Shown here in pieces: positions 29,704-39,712 of a stretch of 64,000 nt of DNA. Every line of letters starts with the position of its first letter. The stretch's first letter is position 1. Source of the DNA: Candidatus Binatia bacterium. GTDB lineage: Bacteria > Desulfobacterota > Binatia > UBA9968 > CAXXLF01. Under the pieces are notes generated by a model. That model was not told the origin of the DNA, made no database searches, and was given only the letters and a program-made list of their open reading frames with translations. Position numbers and translations under genes: made by a program. The DNA lies in NCBI GenBank assembly GCA_963664015.2, contig CAXXLF010000002.1, positions 384,001 through 448,000 on the forward strand, given 5' to 3'.

Positions 29704-31365
29704 TTAATGCCCTGACGGGAATCCCTTTGCCGGATCGCATACAACATCGACCAGTGTGGGCCTTCCCGACTTGAACCCCTCCTCGATGGCGAGGCGGATC
29801 TGATCAGGTCGCTCCACACGGATCCCTTCGCATTTGAACTCCCGTGCGATATTAGCGAAGTTCAATCCGGGCAGGAAATCCATCTCTTCCTTGAGCGGTG
29901 AGTCCTTTATATGATTTTTCTCCAGCAGAAAACATCCGTTGTTGAAGACCACGAGCACAAGTCCGATATTATAGCGCGCCGCCATTTCGAGCTCGGAGAT
30001 GATGCCGCACATGAGACCGCCATCGCCTTCGAAACAAATAACGTTTTTGTTGGGCGCCCCAAGCTTGGCTCCGATAGCCATGGGAAGCCCGGTACCGATG
30101 GCCCCCGTTCCCCGGGGAGTAATAAAGGTAGGCCCAGCATCGACAAAGGTGTGGCTCGTTGCCCACATAAAGGGACTGGACCCGTCGGAGACCAAAATAG
30201 TATCCGGACCCATAAATTCCCCCACCTCTTTCACAAGACGCGCCGGGTGTATAGGGACGGCGTTGGAGTTCGACGTCGCCGCATTGTCTTCTTTCCAACG
30301 GTCGAGGAGGTGCTTGATCTCAGCGGCACGCGATTCTTTCGGTTCGAACTTGCCGTCCTTCATAGCCGCTTTCAGTGACCTCAAGGCGGACTTGGCATCG
30401 GCGACGACACCCACCTGGGTCCGATAGTTTCTGCCAATTTCCTCTGGATCGATATCGATGTGAACAATCGTAGACTTCGGATCGGGGACTTTCCAGCGGC
30501 TGGTGGCCATCTCGTTGGTCTTCGTCCCGACTAAAAGAACGAGATCCGAATTTTTAACGACCTGATCAGCCACACGGCCCCTTTCAAGTCGACCGCCAAC
30601 GACCCCACCCGTCGGACCGGCGCTTAGGGGATGCCGCTCGAGAAAGGCACCCTTTCCAGATATTGTCGTGGCCACCGGGATCTGGCCGAATTCGGCGACC
30701 TCTCTCAACTCATCCCATGCGCGGGAAAGGTTGACACCGCCACCGGCGATGATGCAAGGGCGCTGGGCCGACCCGAGCGCACCCACCACGTCCTCGATCG
30801 CTTTTGGGTCCGGCTCCGCCCGTTGGGCCGGATACGTCGCGAATTGAGTCTCTGCATAGGGCTCGTCGTCGATCTGCTGATCCGGGCCCATGACGGAGCC
30901 AACGCCTCGAATATTGAGCACGACCGGTCCGGGTCTTCCCGTAGTGGCTATGCGAAACGCCTTGCGCAGCATCTCCGGGGCTTGCTTGAGGTCGTGAATA
31001 TCCGCTACCCACTTGGAGACCGGGGATACCATTTCGATCTGTTTCTGTTCGTAGAGCGAGTGCTTCCCTTCGTTCTTGGCCAGCATACCGTCCATAAGAA
31101 CGATGATCGGCACCGAGGAGTTCCACGCCTCCGTAAGGGCCATTATAATGTTCATCGTTCCCGGGCGGTTCAGGGTAATGACCCCCGGCTTGCCGCTAAC
31201 ACGGGCGTAACCGTAGGCCATCAGCCCCCCGGAAGTTTCAAAGTGGATATTCATCGGCTGGATTCTTCCCGGGTCCATCTCTGGATAGATTCGCATACCG
31301 AAAAGCTGCGGTACACCGTATTGAATCAGAATTTCGCTCAAGTGGTTGTAAACGTGGGATATCAT
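29704..31365 (-). CDS. TPP-dependent enzyme, acetolactate synthase-like family
   Basis: YGYARVSGKPG, ATTGRPGPV, HIDIDP, GDGG...NN motif. Confidence 0.9.
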   Translation of the reverse strand: MISHVYNHLSEILIQYGVPQLFGMRIYPEMDPGRIQPMNIHFETSGGLMAYGYARVSGKPGVITLNRPGTMNIIMALTEAWNSSVPIIVLMDGMLAKNEGKHSLYEQKQIEMVSPVSKWVADIHDLKQAPEMLRKAFRIATTGRPGPVVLNIRGVGSVMGPDQQIDDEPYAETQFATYPAQRAEPDPKAIEDVVGALGSAQRPCIIAGGGVNLSRAWDELREVAEFGQIPVATTISGKGAFLERHPLSAGPTGGVVGGRLERGRVADQVVKNSDLVLLVGTKTNEMATSRWKVPDPKSTIVHIDIDPEEIGRNYRTQVGVVADAKSALRSLKAAMKDGKFEPKESRAAEIKHLLDRWKEDNAATSNSNAVPIHPARLVKEVGEFMGPDTILVSDGSSPFMWATSHTFVDAGPTFITPRGTGAIGTGLPMAIGAKLGAPNKNVICFEGDGGLMCGIISELEMAARYNIGLVLVVFNNGCFLLEKNHIKDSPLKEEMDFLPGLNFANIAREFKCEGIRVERPDQIRLAIEEGFKSGRPTLVDVVCDPAKGFPSGH

Positions 31366-31561
31366 CTCAATCTTCCTCTTTCCCTACTGAGTTGGTTCAT
31401 GAATTGAAGAGACAAACGGACTCCGAATTCCAAATTGCCCGTCTGCCGTTGCAAAGGTTGTTGGCTCCCAGTGGAAACCGTTCGGCGCGCCAACCTCAGA
31501 TAACTAGGGGCCTAACTCGCCGTGTGATGCTCCCTGCCTTGGTCTTTGACCCATTGCCCCA

Positions 31562-32788
31562 TCATTGGTCCCCTCTCCCCAATTTCTGAAGGGCCGGCAA
31601 AAGCGGCGATGGCGACTGGTAATGCAGCTCAATCTGCCGGTGTTCTTTTGAGGACTGGATCATGGCCAGACAGGCCTCCAGGCTGGCCCTGCCCCAATAG
31701 GCATCGGGGAAGATGGGTTCGTTATGATCCAGGTTGCCCCTCAGCGTGTCGAGTTCCGAGGCGCCGCGGATATTGACATCGGGCTCGACAGCAACCTCCT
31801 CCCTGCCGTCCGCTGTGTAGACGTAAAGGCCGTCGGGCGATTGGCGGATATCGCCCTTTTCGCAGCTCACAATGATAACACCAAAGAAGTCCTGGCGACT
31901 CGCCTGCTTGCTTCCCCCCACCAATCGCTGCTCCATGGAATCGAGGGAGTACATAGGGTTGGCGTAGCGTTCCTCGATACTCACCGGGCCCTTGGTTCGG
32001 ACCCTCGGGCCGTAAAGAAACTCGTCTGAGTGCATCTGCCCTCCCTCGCCGATCCCCCAGGTCATTTCGACGACGTCGAAATGGCCGTAACCGTTAAAAC
32101 CTATTAGCCCGGCGGCACCCTCTTCGAATTCGAGGAAGGCCGAATAGTTCCCTTCGATGTCGAAGATTGGCATGGCACGCCCGACCATCGCACGAAGGCT
32201 CCGGATCTTCCCGCCGGCGAGGTAGCGCGTAATGTCCATCTGGTGGGGGCCCTGTCGGAATACCACACCACCGCCCTTTTTCTCGTCGACCTCCGCGGCC
32301 AGCATCGGCCGGATCATCCAATCGTTGTACATCCAGGTATGGAGCTGGATGACGCGGCCCAACCGGCCACTGGCGATGATCTCTCCCATCTTCCGGAAGG
32401 TAGGCCGAAAAATCTTACTGTGGCCCTGGACGAACCGGACGTTGTTTCGCTCCACCGCTTCGATCATCCGATTGGCCTCGTCCAGGGATATGGCCATGGG
32501 CTTCTCGCCAATCACGTGTTTTCCGTGCTCGGCGGCGATGATTGCGTGCTGCGCGTGCAGTTCATTGGGCGTAGCAACGTAGACTACGTTGATATCCGCC
32601 TTGCGGCACATCTCCTCGTAGTCGGTGTAGGTATCGAGCCCGAATCGCTTCTTAAAAAAATCCAACTCCTCATGACGCAGGTCGCAAACCGCCACCAGCT
32701 TGGTATCTTTGCAGGCCATCAAGCCGGGGATCACGATCCTTGCCGCAGCCCCGAGGCCAACCATGCCTACACGAAACTCATATGCCAT
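31562..32788 (-). CDS. Gfo/Idh/MocA oxidoreductase, phthalate cis-dihydrodiol dehydrogenase-like
   Basis: GLGAAA, ATPNELH, EKPMA, GGGVVFRQGPHQMD, GFNGYGHFD, CEKGDIRQSPDG. Confidence 0.85.
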   Translation of the reverse strand: MAYEFRVGMVGLGAAARIVIPGLMACKDTKLVAVCDLRHEELDFFKKRFGLDTYTDYEEMCRKADINVVYVATPNELHAQHAIIAAEHGKHVIGEKPMAISLDEANRMIEAVERNNVRFVQGHSKIFRPTFRKMGEIIASGRLGRVIQLHTWMYNDWMIRPMLAAEVDEKKGGGVVFRQGPHQMDITRYLAGGKIRSLRAMVGRAMPIFDIEGNYSAFLEFEEGAAGLIGFNGYGHFDVVEMTWGIGEGGQMHSDEFLYGPRVRTKGPVSIEERYANPMYSLDSMEQRLVGGSKQASRQDFFGVIIVSCEKGDIRQSPDGLYVYTADGREEVAVEPDVNIRGASELDTLRGNLDHNEPIFPDAYWGRASLEACLAMIQSSKEHRQIELHYQSPSPLLPALQKLGRGDQ

Positions 32789-32825
32789 AAATGATTCCCC
32801 TTACGAGTTAAAATAAGTTTTCGAA

Positions 32826-34076
32826 TTAACGAGGTCCCGGCCTCGCAGATCCTACGGGCACCTCGAACTCTTCGAACTTGTCATCGAAGACTTGCTCGGT
32901 GGATAGCCGCGGCCCGTTGTAAGCATTTCGGCCCGCCCCCGTTCGCCTCTCTCGAAAAGGGGTCCAGGCCTCCAACTCGATGGATTCGTTTTGGGCCGGG
33001 TCCCAAATCAGTGCCATAGGATCCCCTCCCTTTTCTACGATCCCAATCTGTTCTTTTAACATCTCGCGGAACATGAGGATGCCGCGGTCGGAAACGCCCA
33101 GATTCTCTCCGGAACGATCGTAGAGGCGCCCCTGGGACTCCCAGGCCATACCGTCCTGGGAGGCAAAAGTGCGCATATGGTATTCTCCATCCTCACGCTG
33201 CCACGCCTCGTCGTACTCAACGGGGGGCTCGTCGGGCTGCTCCACCGGCTTCCCATCGGGAGACGCATTAAACGCAACGTGAAAGATCGTCGTACTGTAA
33301 TCGTCGATTGAGACACGCCAGTGAAGTGTGCTCATGACGTCGGTCTGGCGCAGCATGTTAGGAAACAGGAGAAAATTTCCCCACCCTCGACCGGCTTTTG
33401 CTCCCTCGAACTCCCATGTCTTGATGAGACCCCAGGGACAGGGTTGGAAGCCGTAGCGTGCAAACGGCCGTGTAAAGAAGCCCACTTCATTATCCCGCCC
33501 CTTTCTCTTGATCGCCTGGCCGTGAAGAAAAAAGGTATGGACAAAGTCCGCCGTATTCTCCTCCGCCTGAAGCCAGTTGCAGTTGAGTACGGGACGAATC
33601 TGGAGTTTCCGGACCCCATGATTCCACGCCAGAACATCCCAATGGGGAAGAAGAGGTTTTTTTTCCGGGGGCCCCAGGTACGCAAACAGCAACCCGGCCA
33701 GCTTTTCCACCGGGTAGGCCCGATGACGAATGCTCTCTTTGAATCGCGGGTTCGGCTCGAATGGCTGCTCGACACAGGTTCCCTCGCTATTGTACAACCA
33801 ACCGTGGTACGGGCACCGAATACAACCGTTCTCTATGAAGCCATAATACAGAGATGTCCCTCGATGAGAGCAGTGCTCTGCCACCAGCCCATAGCCCCCA
33901 TTGCCGTCCCGGTACAATAGCAGGTCTTCCCCCATAATTTTTACCCGTTTCTTGGGGTTCTGTTCCGACAACTCGCAGGTAGCCGCCACCGGATGCCAAT
34001 AACGGCGCAACAGGTTCCCGCACGGGGTCCCGGGTCCCACCCGCGTGATCAAATCGTTTTCCTCTTTCGAAAGCAT
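32826..34076 (-). CDS. Rieske non-heme iron oxygenase alpha subunit (phthalate dioxygenase/LigXa-like)
   Basis: VGPGTP.G.LLRRYW, CSHRG...CPYHG, ENTADFVHTFFLH, QDGMAWESQG. Confidence 0.92.
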   Translation of the reverse strand: MLSKEENDLITRVGPGTPCGNLLRRYWHPVAATCELSEQNPKKRVKIMGEDLLLYRDGNGGYGLVAEHCSHRGTSLYYGFIENGCIRCPYHGWLYNSEGTCVEQPFEPNPRFKESIRHRAYPVEKLAGLLFAYLGPPEKKPLLPHWDVLAWNHGVRKLQIRPVLNCNWLQAEENTADFVHTFFLHGQAIKRKGRDNEVGFFTRPFARYGFQPCPWGLIKTWEFEGAKAGRGWGNFLLFPNMLRQTDVMSTLHWRVSIDDYSTTIFHVAFNASPDGKPVEQPDEPPVEYDEAWQREDGEYHMRTFASQDGMAWESQGRLYDRSGENLGVSDRGILMFREMLKEQIGIVEKGGDPMALIWDPAQNESIELEAWTPFRERRTGAGRNAYNGPRLSTEQVFDDKFEEFEVPVGSARPGPR

Positions 34077-34142
34077 AGTCCCCTCCCGTTAACGAAACTT
34101 GAGCCTACTCCCTGGATCGCGTTCCAATTACGGCCCGACCGT

Positions 34143-35102
34143 CTAGGGATTTTGATCCTCGATCCAAAGGCTACCCAGGTTGTCTATGGGTTTGATAAAC
34201 TGGTCCGCCGCCGAATACCGCGCTGTAGTCTGGATAACCTTCAGGTTGCTCTGTACGTCGAAGGGAAACGGGTCTTCGCCTAGAATGGCATTTTGTTCTC
34301 TGAGGTCATACTTGCACAGAGTAAGGGATCCTCCGGGGAACCGGTTTCTCCACTGGTACCACATGGCCTTACTCTTCGAATAGGCCTCGGTTAAGTACCG
34401 CGCGACCCATGGGTGTCTATCGATGATTTCTTGTTTTACGACAACCGTATGCATGATGGGGAACAGGCCGGTCTGCCTGTAATAGCGAATCTCTTCGGCC
34501 TTTGTGTCATCGAAGAGGGGGACCACGTTTTCGGACTGAGGCGGGTGCCAGCACATGGCGGCAGCCAGCTCCCCTTCTGCCAACAGATCCCCGTTGGTCT
34601 TGCCGTCAGGGGCGCGCTCCACCTTGACACCGGGCGCAACCCCGAGATCCATCTTCTCCGGGAAATCCGTCACCCAGGTCACGTCCGTTCGCTCTACGCC
34701 GTAAAACTCTTCGAAAACCCCCCGAACCCACATGGGCCTAGTGGCTTGATGTTGGGGTACCCCGACCTTCTTTCCAACCAGATCCGCCGGTCCCTTAATA
34801 CCCGAGTTCTTGTTTTTGAACATAAAGGAATGAATAAACAAACGGTTCAGAAAGACAGGAACGGCAACGATGGGAATTCCCCGCTGCCGCGCCACGAGAT
34901 AGTGAGCCGTGGACATTTCCGCCGCGTCGAACTCGAGCTTCAGCATGCGCCGGAAGATTGCATCCACGTTGATAAAATCCGACAGGACGTTGAGATTGAT
35001 ACCCTCGACGTCAACGAGACCGTTGATCAACGGCTGGGTGATGTCGTAGATACCGCTTGCCAGCGTAATGGAGAGACGATTGTCCTTGGATGTACCCGCC
35101 AT
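34143..35102 (-). CDS. 4,5-dihydroxyphthalate decarboxylase-like protein
   Basis: FRRMLKLEFDAAEMS, VPVFLNRLF, TGLFPIMHTVV, DPFPF. Confidence 0.8.
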   Translation of the reverse strand: MAGTSKDNRLSITLASGIYDITQPLINGLVDVEGINLNVLSDFINVDAIFRRMLKLEFDAAEMSTAHYLVARQRGIPIVAVPVFLNRLFIHSFMFKNKNSGIKGPADLVGKKVGVPQHQATRPMWVRGVFEEFYGVERTDVTWVTDFPEKMDLGVAPGVKVERAPDGKTNGDLLAEGELAAAMCWHPPQSENVVPLFDDTKAEEIRYYRQTGLFPIMHTVVVKQEIIDRHPWVARYLTEAYSKSKAMWYQWRNRFPGGSLTLCKYDLREQNAILGEDPFPFDVQSNLKVIQTTARYSAADQFIKPIDNLGSLWIEDQNP

Positions 35103-35308
35103 ACAAACTCCTGTTTGCGTATAAATGGTTAAACGTTGCTTGATCAGCCTAGAACCAACCGCAACAATTTGAACGCTATCTTCTCTTCCTAGCCGCCTTA
35201 CCCGCGTCAGCTCTCGCTTTAGCCACAAATTTCTTTAAGTCGCTCACATCCCTATACTTGTGCAGGCTCTTGAGCAGATACCCTCCAGCTGCTTTGGGGG
35301 CGGAAACC

Positions 35309-35734
35309 TTATTGGTGAGCATGTTTTTGGGGATCAGCGTACAGGTGTTGTTTTTTAAACCAGAGGGACGGGTCCGTGTTTTCCGGCAAGATCAACCGAG
35401 GTGGAATCGGTTCAAAGAAACTTTTTGCGGCTAAAATCCCGCCTGTTCCGGAACCTCCGATATAAATGTCCGCGAGAACTTCCCCCGCTCTGCGCTCGGC
35501 ACCCATACGGTTGGAGTGCTGGCTTCCCCCACCTGGAACATCGACCATCCTGACCTTGGGATAGACCTTTTTAAATGTCTCAATGGCATTAATGTACTGT
35601 GTCCCCGGAGGTCCGTGGACCTTAATCTGTCCCTCTTTCCGGTCAGCGGCCAGTGTCTTTTCCCAGTCGGCCTTCCAATCCGCTTGTGCTGTCACCTGAA
35701 AAAACGACAAGATCAGAGCCAGGAAGGCGCTCAA
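35309..35734 (-). pseudogene. Truncated ABC extracellular solute-binding protein
   Basis: WKADWEKTLAADRKEGQI...ERRAG N-terminus; stops at about 140 aa. Confidence 0.7.
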
Positions 35735-35914
35735 AAACAGGCTAAACCTCGCTCGATCTAATATCGGATACCTCTATGCAAATTATGATTTTGGGAGCAG
35801 AGGGGAGTTTATTGGGAACGACCGACACTGTCAAACCCCAGTTGTGGATCGGACGATAGGAGACGGAGAGGGATGCTTGGGCCAATGGCATCCCCTTTTT
35901 TTTAGCTGCCAAGA

Positions 35915-36892
35915 CTACCAGAGTGGGTTTATTTCTTCCCAGTCGAGAGTCGAAGGGACGAATAGCTCGTCGACAGTGACTCGCTTGCGCATGATCCCCT
36001 GCTGGAGGCAGTAATCGATCTCCTTCTCGAGCACATGCCGGTTGGCCTTCAAACCGTAGGCCCAAAAGTCCCCGAATGTATCCCTTTGCTCCTCCCAGCG
36101 TTGGTGATGCCAGATCAAGCTCGGACTCTGCTGGCGTGATAAATGCTCATGGGCAATTTTTCTGGCCTTCGCCCAGGCCTTGGCCAGGCTTATCGCGACC
36201 CATGGGTAACGCTCCAGGATCTCGTCCTTGATCACGACGCAATGCATGATGGGGAAGATATTCGTTTTCCGAAAGTAGGCGATTTCCTCCTCCTGGTAAT
36301 CGGGGAAGAGACGGCGGAATCCAGGCATTTTCTGCTTCACGGCGGGCGGCTCCGGCGGATAGATCAGCACGTCAAACTCACCCCGCTCGAAGGCCGGTGG
36401 GAGGGTCCCGCCCTCGGGCTGGCGCTCGACCTTGATTCCGGAAGGCGGCTCCCAGTTGGGGACCTCGTCCTCCCGTTCCGTCACCCAGGTACAGCCGCTA
36501 AAATCGACCCCGTACTCCTCGCTTAGAATCCCCCTGGCCCAAACGCCGGTGCTGTTTGTATAATGGGATGTCCCAATACGCCGCCCCTCGAGATCCTTGG
36601 GCTTTTGAAGATCCGGTCGCTCCCGGATAAAGATCGATTCCTGACGGAACTGGCGGTGAGGAAAAACCGGGATCGCCGTAATGGGTAACCCACGTTCCTT
36701 GGCCGGTAGATATGTCGCCATCGAGTACTCGCAGGCGTCGAAATCCAGATTGCGGGTCATCCGGTCGTGTCGCTCAGGAGGCATCAGCACGATCGTATTT
36801 AAATCGATTCCATCCGGCTCCACGGTACCATCGATTAGGGGACGGGCTCGATCCAGGTTGGAACACGAGAATGTGAGCTTCAACTTACCCAT
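35915..36892 (-). CDS. 4,5-dihydroxyphthalate decarboxylase-like protein
   Basis: DRARPLIDG, FDACEYS, IPVFPHRQFR, IFPIMHCVV, WAYGLKANR. Confidence 0.82.
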   Translation of the reverse strand: MGKLKLTFSCSNLDRARPLIDGTVEPDGIDLNTIVLMPPERHDRMTRNLDFDACEYSMATYLPAKERGLPITAIPVFPHRQFRQESIFIRERPDLQKPKDLEGRRIGTSHYTNSTGVWARGILSEEYGVDFSGCTWVTEREDEVPNWEPPSGIKVERQPEGGTLPPAFERGEFDVLIYPPEPPAVKQKMPGFRRLFPDYQEEEIAYFRKTNIFPIMHCVVIKDEILERYPWVAISLAKAWAKARKIAHEHLSRQQSPSLIWHHQRWEEQRDTFGDFWAYGLKANRHVLEKEIDYCLQQGIMRKRVTVDELFVPSTLDWEEINPLW

Positions 36893-37015
36893 CCGTTCTT
36901 CTCCTCAATTTCTATTCATGTAAGGAAGCCTCCGAAGGCGTACGCCAGTCGTATCCTACCGTACAAAATCCCACAGCCGTGGATCTTACCCGCAAAAGGG
37001 CCGAAACACTGTTCA

Positions 37016-38186
37016 TTACGCATCACGTTCTTTGGTCGGTCCCACCTCACCAGTGCACCAGGGAACAAAGGCCTTCATTCTGCACGGTGCCCCGTGGGCT
37101 TCGAGCTCCTTCTCGAAAATCTCGTGCATCTGCCGATCCTCGTCCTCGTACTCGATCTGCCAGCCACCCTCCTTGATGCTCGTGTTACTGCCTTCGCCAC
37201 GGACGTTGGGGTCGAAGGTGCCCATATTCCCCCTCTTGAGGGCCAGATAACGGGCCCGATTGGTCCCCGTGTTAAAATGCTGGTGGAAGCAGTTGTCATT
37301 GGGGACGACCACCATCGAACCGAACTGCCAGTCGCACTTGATCATGTCCGAACGGTCTTCCTTGGTCCAGACCATCGAATAGCCACCGGTTCCGTTGAGC
37401 AGTACGAGATGGGCCCCCGGTCCGTGGCAGTGGGCTTTCTTATACGTGCCAATGGGAAACTCGGAGATATGGCTCTTCATATTGTTACTGGCCATCTCCA
37501 AGCGGGCGTTGATACCACCGGCGCCCCGTTCCTTGTACCCATACAACGGCATATCCGGGGCGTTGGCGATGAAGTTGGACTCCCACACTCTTCGGTTGAA
37601 TAGCTTGCCATTACCGCTGAAATAGTCGTCTTCGCCGGCGTAGCGGGAATGGAACTTGAAATCGCTATTGGAAAATGAATTTGTTATCGCGGAACATTCG
37701 CATCATGGGAGGCGCGTTGGTCACCGCCAGGTAGCGCAGAGGCTCATCCCCACTGCCATTAAAGTTCTGGTACCAGGCGTTGAGCGGAATGCAAAAGAGA
37801 CTGCCCGCCTGCCACTCAAAGGTCTGCTTGTGTTTCTCATCTTGCCAGATGGTCGTCGCCCCGCGTCCCGAGACGACATAAATGGTCATTTCGTACATAT
37901 GGTGCTCCGGCTCGGACTTGCCCCCGGGGCCGATCTCGACCACATGACAGTCGTTAAGCAAGAGCGGGTTCTTGATATGAATAACTGCGCCGCTGCCTCC
38001 CTTGCGCTCCCACGGCCCTAGCTCAATCTTGGCCAGACTCGGGAAGTAAAACTCCTCATAGACTTTGACACCCTCATCCTTCAGCCACGCCTCGTACGCG
38101 TCGTAGACCGAAAACTCTGGTAAGCCCTCGGTGGGTGTATCGGCGACCTTCATGTCGGTACCTTCCATAATTCCTTCCATGGACAT
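37016..38186 (-). pseudogene. Bicupin protein, frameshifted copy (+1 at about 37670)
   Basis: The two ORF halves align with the intact neighbour at 38249-39421; one extra C after FIF. Confidence 0.85.
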
Positions 38187-38248
38187 AGTCAAAATCCTCC
38201 TCTAAGACGACTAGGTTTGTTCTAACAGGTTACGCAACCGGTAGTTGC

Positions 38249-39421
38249 TTATGCATCGCGCGAGCTGGTGGGACCCGTCTCGCCGGTGCAATAAGGGATA
38301 AAAGCTTTCATCCTGCACGGGGCAGCGTGGGCTTTCAAATCCTTCTCGAAAATTTCGTGGATCTCGCGCTCTTCGTCCTCGTATTCGATCTGCCAACCGC
38401 CTTCCTTGATGCTGGTGTAGCTCCCGCTCGCCTGGCCACCACCTCCAGGCGAACTGATGCCCATGTTCCCAGGCCTGAGGGCCAGATAGCGGGCCCGATT
38501 GGTTCCGGTGTTGAAGTGCTGATGGAAACAGTTATCGTTCGGCACCACAACCATGGACCCGTACTGCCAGTCACATTTCACCATGTCCGAACGGTCCTCC
38601 TTGGTCCAGACGAGAGAATACCCGCCGGTGCCGCTGAGCAGTACCAGATGTGCGCCAGGACCATGACGGTGAGCCTTCTTATAGGTACCGATAGAAAACT
38701 CTGAGATGTGGTTCTTCATATTGTTCTCGCCCATCTCCAAATGGGCGTTGATCCCCCCAGCCCCCCGCTCCTTATAGCCATAGAGGGGCATATCCGGGGC
38801 GTTGGCAATAAAATTGGACTCCCAGATCCTCTTTTTATAGAGCTTGCCTTTCCCGCTGAAGTAGTCATCCTCTCCCTCATAGCGGGAACGAAACTTGAAG
38901 TCACAGTTGAAGATGAAATCCAGATCCCGGTAAAGACGCATCACGGGAGGCGCGTTGGTCACCGCGAGGTATCGAAGGGATTGGTCGCCGCTACCGTTAA
39001 AGTTTTGGTACCGGGCGTTAAGGGGAATGCAGAAGAGACTTCCAGTATGCCATTCGAAGGTTTGCTTCTGATTTTCCTCGTTCCAGACGGTGGTAGCCCC
39101 GTTACCCGAGATCACATAGATGGTCAGCTCGTACATGTGGTGTTCCGGTTCCGACTTGCCCCCCGGTTTGATTTCCACCACGTGACAATCGTTTGGCATA
39201 TTTTTGTTTTTTATGTGAATCACCGCACCGCTGCCGCCCTTCCGTTCCCAGGGCCCCAGTTCCATATTGACCAGGCTCTCGACGTAAAAGTCCTCGTAAA
39301 CTTTGACGCCTTCCTTCGCCAGCCATTCTTGGTAACCGTCTTTGGTGACAAACTCCGTGAGGCCTTCCTTGGGAGTTTCCGCAGTCTTCATATCCGTACC
39401 AATCATTACACCTTCGTCCAT
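38249..39421 (-). CDS. Bicupin metalloprotein (gentisate 1,2-dioxygenase-like fold)
   Basis: PEHHMYE...SG.G.T; YKKAHRHGPGAH...FHQHFN. Confidence 0.8.
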   Translation of the reverse strand: MDEGVMIGTDMKTAETPKEGLTEFVTKDGYQEWLAKEGVKVYEDFYVESLVNMELGPWERKGGSGAVIHIKNKNMPNDCHVVEIKPGGKSEPEHHMYELTIYVISGNGATTVWNEENQKQTFEWHTGSLFCIPLNARYQNFNGSGDQSLRYLAVTNAPPVMRLYRDLDFIFNCDFKFRSRYEGEDDYFSGKGKLYKKRIWESNFIANAPDMPLYGYKERGAGGINAHLEMGENNMKNHISEFSIGTYKKAHRHGPGAHLVLLSGTGGYSLVWTKEDRSDMVKCDWQYGSMVVVPNDNCFHQHFNTGTNRARYLALRPGNMGISSPGGGGQASGSYTSIKEGGWQIEYEDEEREIHEIFEKDLKAHAAPCRMKAFIPYCTGETGPTSSRDA

Positions 39422-39712
39422 GATAGTTCCCCTCCTGCAAGACAATTAGCAACAATTGACCTATTGGGTTTTATGCCACGAAACCAATCGCGACCACACT
39501 GCGAGTGGTCGCTGACCGGGTCAACAGCATACATTCAAATGGGACCGAGTGCCAGAGTTACGCTTTTGAGGTGGATGCAATATCCGCCGCTATGGGTGGA
39601 TCCTCCTTGGGCAACGGGGCGCCGGCCTTCTTCGCCCTTTCCAAGTTCACGGGACTGTACTTTCCTGACGTTCCCGTCGAAACCCTGGCTGTGCGTCGGG
39701 TGTAACCATACG

